Below are positions 35,221 through 45,836 of a DNA stretch of 64,000 nt, in pieces. The notes under the pieces were generated by a model. The model was given only the letters and a program-made list of their open reading frames with translations, ran no database searches and was not told where the DNA came from. The DNA comes from Takakia lepidozioides. Its lineage: Eukaryota; Plantae; Bryophyta. The stretch lies in assembly GCA_030704615.1 (NCBI GenBank), contig CM060734.1, positions 56,482,001-56,546,000 on the forward strand. The letters run 5' to 3'. A program made the translations under genes and the position numbers. Numbering within the stretch: position 1 is the stretch's first letter; each line of letters starts with the position of its first letter.

Positions 35221-38200
35221 ATGGAGGATGCTTGTGAAAAAGGTGGAGCGGACTGGTTGGATTTTGTGCACCAAACCAGACTGAAGAAGGAGCGAAGGTA
35301 CTGGTACTCACGAGACGAGTTTGATCATAAAATAGTGGAAGCATTTGTAGACCTCCGCGCCCGGAAGCCCAAAAACTCGAATTGGCAGAAGGACAAGCTC
35401 TTCTGTCCCTTCTGTGAAGAGGTAATCAAAGACAAAATCCAACTAAATCGGCATTGTGTTACAAGGAGACTGTTGCAATGATTCCACGGGATTTCAAGCC
35501 TTGGCCGATACTGAAAGAAATGTCGATTGTCAAAGAGGCCACAATGCGCTTGCGCGGATCAGTGCTTGACCCCCGCACTTTGGAATTAGACGAAGTGCGC
35601 GCACGGTATGGCGTCCATTGTGGTGGCCCGTCAATGGAGGATTTGCAAGTGCAGGGAACGCTGGACGCTCCTAGAAAACGTAAACTGAGTGATGGGGCCA
35701 AAAAAAAGGAGAGGCAAAAAAAGGAGAAGGCTGCAAGGTCTGCTCGCGAGGCAAGGGCAAAATCCACGCAACAGACTGAACCCCGTCCTGGGCGGCAGAC
35801 CCACACCATCAGTACTGATACTGAAAGTGAATCTGCTCAGGGCCTGGAAGGGGTGACAAGTCCAGTGGACATTGATTGACTTGCCTGACCAGACTCGGCA
35901 GCAGACTCACACAAATATCACGACCCATGCCATCGGTTTAGGGTCAAAACCAAAAACTCAACAGAGCACTGAAGGGCCAGTCTGCCCTGGCACATTGCGC
36001 CTCGTTGACTTTGGGCTTTTCCCACCAGAGTGCCCACCAATTGGGGATCCAGACTTCTTCCATTATTTATACAGAGTTGCCCAGTCAGGTCTGCTACGCA
36101 CATTAATCCGACAGGCGGAACAGAACTGGTTGAACAGCTTTGAAGATGAAGATGACGATGATGAAGTAGAGGAGGTAATGGTCAGTCTGACCGCCCAGTC
36201 TGTTCTCTATGCTGTTTGAGTCCATCATCGGGGTCACGTTGTCTATTCAGTCTGGTCAGTCCTCTGCGTTCTCTCCTCAGTCCGCTCGTCAGTTAGTCTG
36301 TTTTATATCGCTGCATTACTTACTTAGTCCGTTTGTCAGTCCGCTGGTCCAGTCCACTGGTATAGTCTACTAGTTGCCTCCACCCTACGTACGCATGTTA
36401 CAGTCTGCTGGTCTGTGAGTCCAGTCCGCTGCATGAGGTGAATATAGAGTCCACTTCCATTTTCCTGACGTCGAAGTTCTCTGCTGTGTACCAAGATGAA
36501 CGTGTTTCTATTCGTAGGGCCATTCAGGCTTGGCGGATACCTAGCAATGATGCTCCTTTACAAGCGACTGCAGTGCGTGCGGAAGTGGACCGCGTGCGAG
36601 AGTACATATTATTGAAGTATCCTGGGTCATCTGCTGCTATAGCGGCATTATATATTGAAGACGCGTCGGGGGGGGATGCGTCTGGGACAGCCGAGTTTGC
36701 CATCCAGCAGACTCCCATTCAGGAGGCCGTCATCCAGCAGACTCCCGTTCAGCAGCCTGTCATCCAGCAGACTCCAAGAGAGCAGACTCCCAACGAGCAG
36801 CCTGTCATCCTGCAGACTCATCTCCAGGAGCCCATCATGCAGCCCATGCCAATGGGAAGTCCTGTCATCCAACAGACTGCGGACCAGCAGACTGCCTTTC
36901 TCTCACATAGCACGGCTTTTTTGCAGTTTGGCGATCGCCATCACCGGTAATTCGCCCCGGAGCTGAAGACCTCACACTTCCCCGGCTTAGGGTGGGAGAG
37001 ATTAATCCCCATTTGGATTGGCATAATGAGCTCCACCGGATCGTTGCGGACCGCCGGTGGTCATTTGTACCCTTTCATTATTCCATGGAGTTTTCTATTG
37101 AGGAAGCCAACCATGTTCTAGAAGCCGCCTCTGTTGTTGCCATTGAAGCCACAAGCGACCAAAATGCGCAGCCTCTACTTGTGTAGCTGATTCTCATGAC
37201 CCACCTGCCTGAAGACCTCAGACATATGCCTATGGCACATCCAATTTTTGGGGTGCGAAGAAAGCACTTGTTCGGATTGACTGAGGAGGACTTTGAGCGC
37301 ATGGCAGCTTCCTTCCTACAACACAGATGGATGCAATTTGGCAATTTCCGCTCATACAACAAGTTGATGAAGGATCTGCATAGTTTGAGGATAGACTTAC
37401 TCCATGGAATAGACCATTCACAGAAGTTTGTGGTGGATGAGGCATTGCACTGGTTTGCATTGGTGATGGAGCGAGCAGTATTCGACATTGTTTTGCAGAA
37501 TCCCAATGTCTTCAAAGTCTTGTGGTGTGGGATCCCAACTGAAGACCGCATCGGCGCCATTGCTCATCTCGATGGAGCATACCTGTGCCGGCAAATCAAG
37601 GACATTGGCCTCGTCGGAAATCTCTTGGAAGGTAAAATGTTATGGGCAACTTTCGTGTTTCAGCTCAATTTCTTTTGCCAATTTTTTTACAAGTTCACAT
37701 TTGCATAAACATGTGTTGCAGGGCGAGTTGATCTGGGAGACAAGCAAGTGCAGGCTGCTTTCGACTCTTTTGCCAGAGGTGCAAGGGACCTTGTCTTGGC
37801 TTTACAAGGAGTTCGGGAGACTGTCCAGCAGACTGGCCACAAGAATGTCGAACAACATATTCCCCACGACACATGTGGGCAGACTGCCCCTCAGCCGACT
37901 GTGCAACAGACCATCGAACATGGCCACCAGACTGCCGCTCAGCAAACTGTACAGCAGACCGTGCAGCAGATCAACAAATCCAGCCAGCAGATTGTCCCTC
38001 AGCAGACCGACGAATCCAGCCAGCAGATTGCCCCTCAGCAGACTGTGCAGCACACTGGCGAACCTACTCAGCAGATGGCCGAGCAGACTATCCAGGAGAC
38101 TAACAACCAGTCTGTTCCCTAGATTGTGCAATAGACTCGGATGCACTGGCCTCACCGGGACCCTGTGGACGAATTTCTGCTGAGTTCCCAACAACATGTT

Positions 38201-40306
38201 TTTGGATCTGCCAGTATGAGTGTTTTGACCGAGTCCACTTTTTCCCCAGACACATTCACTGACGACGTCATCAGGTCACCGGTAAAGCATTCTTATCCAG
38301 CTCCCCGTGGCCTGCCTTCTATGACATTCCAGGTTAGTCCGGTTTTCGTGCGCTCAGTGGCGAAAGCCATAGATGAGTCCTACGTGATGACCGAACTCAA
38401 TCTGGGAACGCAAAACCGTATCATAGATCTTACAGAAGAGTCTGAGGAAGCAATTGTCGGTGGATCTTCCATGGAGATCCGAACACCCAGCCGGCTGTCC
38501 ACCAGACTGACTAGCACACTGAACAGTGGACACATGGAAGGACTGTCGAGCAACGTGTGGCGGGGCAGCATACTGTCTTCATTGATGAGCAGACTCAACC
38601 GCAGACTAACCAGCAGACTGCACAGGTCACAGATGGAAGGACTGACCAGGATGGCTCGGAGCGGCAGACTGCACAGCTCAGCTCTGACTGCACAGTTCAG
38701 ATTGCACGGCCTGACCAGCACACTACACACTTCACAGAGGGAAGGATTGACGACCAACCTGCCACCGAGCACATTGGCCACATTGAGGAAGAGACTGAAC
38801 CGCAGAGTTGCTAGCAGACTAAGTAGGGCGACAGCGCTACGTTTGTCTGCTCTATCCAGCCCGCCTACAGCTGTCCCTGCTTCCCAGGGGAGAGGCAAAG
38901 CCAAGAAGTGGACTGTCGTGGACCATGCTGAGGAGGTCGAGGAGGGTCCGAGTACCAAGAGACTGGCGAAGAAAAAGTCTGGCGTCTTTATGAACAAGAA
39001 CCGCAAGCTGGCCTTGGACATGGACAAAGATGTGGGTCGTTTCCTGGAGCAGCACAGGTGAGTACTGTGCTCAGTCTCCTCGTCTGTCTTTGTCGTTAAG
39101 TGCTTTGCGCTCTATTGTGGTCAGTCTGCATGCTGGTCAGTCTGCTGCTGGTTTCATCATTGTCTGTTGTGGTTAGTCTTGTCAATCTGATGAATTGTTC
39201 AGCCTGTAGAGTGTTTGGTACCATGTTGACGTCAGTCTGTTCAGTACATGAGGCTTCCCGAAAGATGGTCTGCTCTGTGCAGGATGGGTGCTCGGTTTGG
39301 CAAAGCACATGCTCTGCACGTGAAGGCAGGTAATTCCATGCTGATGTTTTTTGAAGAGGACCCACGGTTTGAATGCGGATTGTCGCCGGATGACATAAAG
39401 GCGGTCCAGAAGGTTGAGTCGGAGTGCACAGATAGACTCCTGGAGCTGTGGTGTCGATTCTATGAGAAGTCGGTTGAGGCTGCGTTCACTATTGCTGTTC
39501 TTCCAACGTCGACGTGGACGGTGTTGAAGTCATTGGGGGGGGGGCAACATGAAAGCCTTCTGGAGGTCTTGAAAGGTTGCCTCAGCACTGAATGACTGGA
39601 CAAGGACTTGAAAGAGTGCGATTTCATTTTGGTGCCAATTGGGGACGAGTTAGAACTCTTCTGAGTCTGCTGAGACTGTCTCCTGAGTCATAGTCTGGTT
39701 TCGCATTGTTGTCTTGACTCTGAGCGATTAAGTTGACCTCTGTATTTGTGCAGTGGACTGGGTTTGAAGATTGAGTCTGCTAAGTGTTGAGTCTGCTGAG
39801 CGGTCGGTCTGCTGAGTGTCAGTCTGCTGAGTCTGCCCATCATGATTGTGCAATGACGCCATGTTGTTTGATACCATTGCAGGGTGCACTGGAGTGTTTG
39901 TATCATCGACCTCCGCAAGGGCTGTTACACTCACCTGAACTCTATCAGGGACTTGCATAAATGTCCCTTTGTTCTAGGGTGGATTCGGAAGCTTCATGCG
40001 CAGTGCTTAGGGTACTCGATAGACTCACCAGAGTGGCATGAGATTGTCCAAGCATTTCAGTTCCACGCGTCTGATGTGCCCCAGAACCCATTCAGCTGGG
40101 AGTGTGGCTTTTACGTCATGTCATTCATTCAAGTGTTTTATGAGTGGGTAAAAGTCAGAGCAAATGTCTCCAAGACTGCAAAGCCAGAGAGAGGAACACC
40201 TTTCACGAAGGACTGGTTTACTTTCAAGTTTGCACTTGGGCAGCGAATGCAGTGTGCCCAGTATATCGTGCGGGGGTTGGACAACGTAGAGAAACTGCTC
40301 TCATGA
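35221..40306 (+). pseudogene. Multi-exon MULE cargo gene(s): N-terminal CxxC...H zinc-finger-like motif, basic NLS, Q/T-rich repeats, C-terminal Ulp1/peptidase C48 domain
   Basis: CPFCEEVIKDKIQLNRHC and PRKRK. Donors near 36174 and 39058; acceptors near 39282 and 39882. Protease motifs E*LDKDLKECDFILVPI, HWSVCIIDL..YTHLNS and PQNPFSWECGFYV. Frameshifts at about 35460 and 35875 and a TGA at 39593-39595. Confidence 0.75.
39884..40306 (+). CDS. Ulp1/SENP-like (peptidase C48) catalytic exon
   Basis: HWSVCIIDLRKGCYTHLNS aligns with Ulp1 HWALGIIDLKKKTIGYVDS, and PQNPFSWECG aligns with PQQPNGYDCG (both recalled from memory). Preceded by the acceptor TTGCAG. Confidence 0.8.
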   Translation: MHWSVCIIDLRKGCYTHLNSIRDLHKCPFVLGWIRKLHAQCLGYSIDSPEWHEIVQAFQFHASDVPQNPFSWECGFYVMSFIQVFYEWVKVRANVSKTAKPERGTPFTKDWFTFKFALGQRMQCAQYIVRGLDNVEKLLS

Positions 40307-40849
40307 GTATGATGTACTTGTCATGTGAAGTCTATGTACCAAAATAAAAAATGCGAATCTTTTTGCGTACTATTCCAGTGGTGATGAGCATTTTGTGTAC
40401 TGTGGGTGCTGGCATGTTTTGTAATGTTGTCACTAAACTCAATGGACACAATGGTGTCAATTTCCATGCACTATGCACCCGAGCCTGCTGAGCTTGAATG
40501 TGCGAGCAGTACGCTGCCGAGGCTAGGACTGCTGGGTCTGGTACCTAGTCTGGGAGGCACCATGTCCATGAGTCCGCTGGGATGCTGGATTGGCATAAGT
40601 TGTAGGGATGAGGTGGAAGTGTGGTGAGCAGACTTTTGGAGTGGGCAGCAGACTGACCAGTAGACTGGCTTACTGGCGCTCGCAGTCTGTTAACTGTGAC
40701 TCTGTTGGGAGACTGTGCGTGAGTCCGTTGGGAGACTATGCTTGGGAGACTGTGTGGGAGTCAGTTGGAGACTGGAGGAGTCCGTTGGGAGACTGTGCAT
40801 TAGTCCATTGCGGACTTGTATTTCAGAAAGGGACAATGCTACCAGAAGA

Positions 40850-41104
40850 AATTGTAGACTTATATTGTATTCTTCGTGACACCTACATGACATGTCACCT
40901 TGTCTCTTTTCGAGGAATTGCAGACTTATATTGTCTTCTTCGTGACACCTACACGACATGAAACCTTGTCTCTTTTCAAGGAATTGCAGACTTATATTGT
41001 CTTCTCCGTGATACCTACACGACGTGAAACCTTGTCTGTTTTCGAGGCATTGCAAACTTATATTGTCTTCTTCGTAACATCTACACGACCTGAAACCTTG
41101 CAAA
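40850..41104. repeat. 66-bp tandem repeat, about 3.8 copies, inside the MULE
   Basis: The unit GACTTATATTGTCTTCTTCGTGACACCTACACGACATGAAACCTTGTCTCTTTTCGAGGAATTGCA starts at 40857, 40923, 40989 and 41055. Confidence 0.9.
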
Positions 41105-42058
41105 TTTTCGAGAGTATATATGTGCTGCAGGTGCAGGTGCAGACACCCTCTTGCTGGTTCTCCGCAAAACCCTAGGCCGGGTTTTCCAAGCCTCCACGAA
41201 ATCTCGTCTCCTTTTCAGAGACATGTTGTTGTTGTCGTTCAGAGGACGGAAAGCCTTCGCTGCCGCAGGGTGCAACATTCCAGCCGCACTTTTCGCCAGG
41301 ATATCAACGAGCTGCCCTCTGCACATATGAAGAGCAGATCGGGCATGTGCCTCCAGGTATTTGTCATCACCTACAATGCGAAGTATGTCCCGCGAATTCT
41401 TGTTTTAATGAGGCTGAGACCTGCAGAGGTGCCTCGTCGTAGGGGAAATCGTCCGGAGGATGTCTTTCCATGAACTGATTGGATTCGTCGATGCCGCCGG
41501 CACCATTGCCCAAGAGCAAGTTAGGTAATCCTCCATGAATGGTTCCTAGCGCCGTGCTGGGGGCAGCGGACTCATGGGCGGGGGACTGGCGCCGCGGCGG
41601 ACGGGGGCGCGGGCGCGGGTGCTGCAGCCGCGCCCGCGGCTGGGCGACCGCGCGCAGCGGCGCGGCGGGCGGGGCGTCCGTGCGCGGGGCCCACCGGCCA
41701 TCGCACGTGCCCATTGAAGACCCTGTTATCTTAAAATGAGAGGCGTTAGGAACTGGTAGATGTCAGATTTTTGAATAACCTGGCAAATAACCTTATTATA
41801 AATACGGTTAGTATACGGTTCCTATACGATTATTATATCTACGGTTATTTGATGAAAATCGTCGGTTGTTTGAGGTTTTGCTAGTGGGCGGAACCGGAGG
41901 TTATATCCAGCCATAAAATGTTGAACAACTGCAACCACAGATTATTAGTTTCCTACAATTGATGCAATCAAAACCGCCGGTTATGAAAAAATTCAAATAG
42001 TCGCCCAACACTGGTTTCAACCTTATTATAAATTAAACAGATCAACACTGGTTTAAAC

Positions 42059-42375
42059 CAGTGTTGGTCTGGTATGGGTATCAGACCGGAGTATCAATGC
42101 TGGTGTCAACCCTGGTATCAGGGACCAAACCAGCCTGGTCTTAAGTATACCAGGTCATATATCAAACCAAGCTGGTATCCATTTCCTCATACCAGCCACA
42201 ATACAGTAACCCCCCCCACCCCCACCACCCCTCATCTTCCTCATTTACTCCGGTATGTGTACTATGTTAATTTATGTATGTATGTATGGATATATATATA
42301 AATAAAGGGACGGAGGCCCTGTTACTCAAAAATAAAGAAGCGAGGAAAAAATAACCTCGACAGGGCCGTAAGGCG

Positions 42376-42407
<32 letters not shown>

Positions 42408-42837
42408 GTGTGTGTCCCAGAACAGCCACAATGGGCAGCTAGAAACACAGCTAGTTCACCAATAAAACAGTGTAGCAAGAACCAGAGTCTTAATCGTCCA
42501 AGGTCTAAACATGCAGAGGCTAAGAAGACCACCTACACCTAATAGACCAAGCGCTGATAAACCAGCCAAGCACTTTGTCTTCCTACGCAAGGGCTCAAAA
42601 TTTATATTTACTTTATTGTATTTGTTTTCACTTGATATTTGATAAACTTGTGGCTTTGGAATGATACCAGAATTGATATCTCATACCAGCTGGTATTGTG
42701 GTCATGATACTCATACTTATACCAATATCTGTTAAAAATTACATCCACCATTATATAGACCAGACTGGTATAAAAGTTTTGTGATGGGTCTGCGGTACCA
42801 GGACCGGTGTCCTAAACCTGATACCAGACCAACACTG
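42059..42837. mobile_element. hAT-like MITE with a nested retroposon 3' fragment (about 42304-42590, including a ~30-nt G run)
   Basis: Perfect 17-bp TIR CAGTGTTGGTCTGGTAT / ATACCAGACCAACACTG. Left flank GTTTAAAC, which recurs at 42844-42851. Many TACCAG/CTGGTA subterminal motifs. Confidence 0.75.
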
Positions 42838-45482
42838 GTATACGTTTAAACACTGGTTTTACTGGTTGTTTAAACACTTATTATAGTATAATTAAACAGA
42901 TTAAAATTTAATCTCCCAAGCAACCTCGGATGAGGATGACATCGGAACGAAAATTGTAGACAATCCCTCTCATCCAGCCTCTTTAAAAAATGAATATAGA
43001 AAATCTGATGTCACGAATTTCCGCCCAGATCTCTCACGTGTGGGAATCCACAGTTGACTGGACAGGTGGCAGGGAACGCCGCCTTACTGGCCTTAGCCCA
43101 CCTGACTTCCTCTTGTGGATCCACACAAGCTTGCTATAATTAGTTATGGGCCCTCACTCAGGTGTTTATTTCCTTAATTTTTTAATTCTGCTTCTCTAAA
43201 TAATCTTTAAATGGTAAAGTTTCCAAGCACAGTCGCACTTCTGTTAAAAAAGAGAGAAAAAGAGCACCTATTGTGCGGTCACACTCAGTCAATCTAAGTT
43301 ATTCGGGTCACTGCATCGTAAATAGCAATAAATAAATGCATGGAATTCATGCAAGCCCTGCCGTATGTGATTATGAATAGGTAGTAAAAATCTGGAAGAT
43401 CACATAATTAGTCTAAATATCAAGGTAACAGGATTTGAGCCCTGAATCACCCAGGTGGTAGGCACTGTAATATCCAATCTTTCATTTATGGCATGCACAA
43501 GAAGTTGAACGGATGTCATTCATTAAAAGACAGAATATTCTCTTGACAATTGTCTCGATCGAATTGGAAGTCTAATCGAAAGTATCAGTGCTAAAGCAGC
43601 TGAAACCATTGCGTAGTCCTGCCTTACGAAGGCATGGCCAATAAAATAGAGTATAATTATAACTATATAAATATCTTCAAAATTTAATCTGTTGTATCTT
43701 ATTAGAAAAGAAAAACAAAAAGGAGAGGATGTGAATAAAAATAAATAAAAAAAATTTAAAAAAACAAAAGGAGTGACCGTCAACTTGAAAGTTTAATCTG
43801 AAGGTTTTTACGTAAAAGTAGGTGAGCGATGATGGTGGGATATTTAGCCAAGGAGTTTATTTTTGGACGATCCCGGGCAAATTGGAAAAGGAGAAGTGTA
43901 AAGACAAAGCAGTGCGAAGAATAATAGTAACTGATACGGAGAATAGTGTGAAGATTCCCGCGCACACACGGCAGCTCGCTGCTGGCCCGCCTCGTCTGAC
44001 TTGATGATGCTCTCATCTTTCGCTGCTGCCATGGCGGCCCTGCTTACACATCATCCCCTGCTCGCTGCAGCCTGTCACCCAGCTCGCATGACCTGTTCGG
44101 AATTTACAGTTCAACCAAGTAGAAAGATTTGACATCGTTGGGTAATCCATGATGCTGCCAAGGTGTGTTAGCTTGCTCGAGCTGCACAGACTGCTGAATC
44201 AGCAGCGATTAGCGGAGTTGAAGCGGGTTCGCAAGATTGATGGTGGAATTGAGGTTTGGTTCGGAGAGTTACAGATGGACTGCCAGGTACGACGATGGCC
44301 GGGAGATCAGCTAGTGCTCCTGTGCTTATCTATGTGAGGAAATAGTAGCATAACAGATGGCCAGGCAGGCAGCACCACAGCAAACCATAGGGTTGTGCTT
44401 GTCCCCTAATCTCCTCCCCATTTCACCCCTCCTTCTCGTTGGTATCCCAGTGAGGTTCCTCAATTTACTAGGTTTTGATCAGAATGTATGTTTTAGGTGC
44501 GCTTTGAGAGAAGTCCTGTTCCAACTGGGTAAAAGAAATGGATGCAATGGGGTGAATTGGCAGGCACTGAGGTCAAAAGTCTGAAGGATGTCTGGACATC
44601 AGGGACTGTGCTCGGCTTTGTCCCTGCTGTAAACTTGAACAACATTGGTGGCCTGTGCAGAGCAGGACAAAGACAAGTATGTAGTGTTGAACTGATTTCT
44701 TGGATTAAGGGGATGGAAGGAGCACACAGTCATGCAGCTGCTGCTGACCTGCTCCAGAATGTGATCTATTCACTGTCCATGGATTCAACAATCAAGCTCA
44801 TCTGAGCTGGGACAATCTCATACAAAATCCCAATACTAAATTTTATTGAATTCCGGTGCATCAATTAGATTTGCAGTCGTAGAGAGGCCATTTCCATAGA
44901 GTAGGTTGGAAGGAATGGCAAGACAATTCACATGTCCTTCAAATCCCGGAAAATGACTCTTAGCAGCCAGTCTGTTCCATGCGTCAAAATGTATACAGCT
45001 TCTTAACATCTGCTCATTAACTACTCAGGGCTTCGCACTTCCTGGGTTATCCGCACTTGCCAACCCTGCTTGTCTGCTTATCTACACTCCTGTTCCTCAA
45101 AGAGTGACCAGTGGCATGCCTCTAAACTAAGGACACCATCTCTCCAGAAAGAGACATTCTGAAATAGAAGAGAGAGAGCCCTGACAGAAAATCCACGTTA
45201 ATGTCAACTACACAAGTTGCCAGAACATGAAAAGAATTCTACAGCTTGATATGCCAGCTACGCAATGACTATCTGATACAACAGCCATAAAACCTTCACT
45301 ATGTTCACAAAACTTTCTCTCAAAGGAAGAAGCATCTCGCTTGCCGACAGTTACTCAATTGTGTGGGAGCATCTGACTTGAACTTCAATTGTACCCTGCC
45401 CAACAGCATTATGTAGAATATCTAACACATGATTTGGTTGACATATCCAGGAGATATGAAACTAAAATGGAAAGACATACCA

Positions 45483-45836
45483 TCAGAGATTGATGAACAC
45501 TGTGCCCATCTTCTTGCCTTGCCCATCAACAATGATGCCGTTGACAGAATCACTATCATTATCGACCAAGGCAAGCATCTGTCCATCAAAGAGAGTGATT
45601 GTAACAACAAGACCATCACTCTTGTTAGCCAGTGTGAAAGTTCCGTCCTTCCCATTGCTGGTTGTATATTCTATCCATTCATTGGGCATGAGCTCTTCTG
45701 GGGTGCCATTTGGATCCGAGGTCACTCCTATCCGGGTGTTTTTGGTCCAGTTTTCCACAGTCACTGTGGCATTTGCCTTCCATAGTGAGGAGACTACGAG
45801 CAGCATGAACACAAGAGTCCCTGCCATTCCTGCCAT
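45483..45836 (-). CDS. Small secreted beta-rich orphan protein, 117 aa
   Basis: Signal-peptide-like MAGMAGTLVFMLLVVSSLWKANA followed by a Cys-free mature region with alternating hydrophobic residues. Intact single-exon ORF with an acceptor-like CTGTCAG in the 5' UTR and a TATA-like element near 46000. Confidence 0.6.
   Translation of the reverse strand: MAGMAGTLVFMLLVVSSLWKANATVTVENWTKNTRIGVTSDPNGTPEELMPNEWIEYTTSNGKDGTFTLANKSDGLVVTITLFDGQMLALVDNDSDSVNGIIVDGQGKKMGTVFINL

Larger units (their letters stand above)
33142..41744. mobile_element. 8.6-kb Mutator-like element (MULE), apparently non-autonomous, carrying Ulp1-like cargo
   Basis: TIRs start GCCTCTCATTTTAAGATAA(T/C)AGGGTCTTCAATGGGCACGTGCGATG and stay homologous, with indels, for about 160-185 bp. 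Perfect 9-bp TSD GTTAGGAAC at 33133-33141 and 41745-41753. Confidence 0.93.

Noticed and set aside
38380-39027. 215-aa minus-strand ORF
   Set aside because: Antisense shadow of the repetitive plus-strand cargo exon.
40850-41104. CRISPR-like array
   Set aside because: Head-to-tail 66-bp units with no unique spacers, no cas genes and a eukaryotic context.
42376-42406. Long G homopolymer as a G-quadruplex element (also the C run at about 12935-12953)
   Set aside because: Simple homopolymers within a retroposon fragment or 3' UTR. Their length is unreliable in assemblies and there is no evidence of function.
44100-44820. Possible LRR pseudogene fragments (LQTFDLSACQFT-like on the minus strand)
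   Set aside because: Only one or two weak LRR-like matches and no continuous frame; not supportable without an HMM search.
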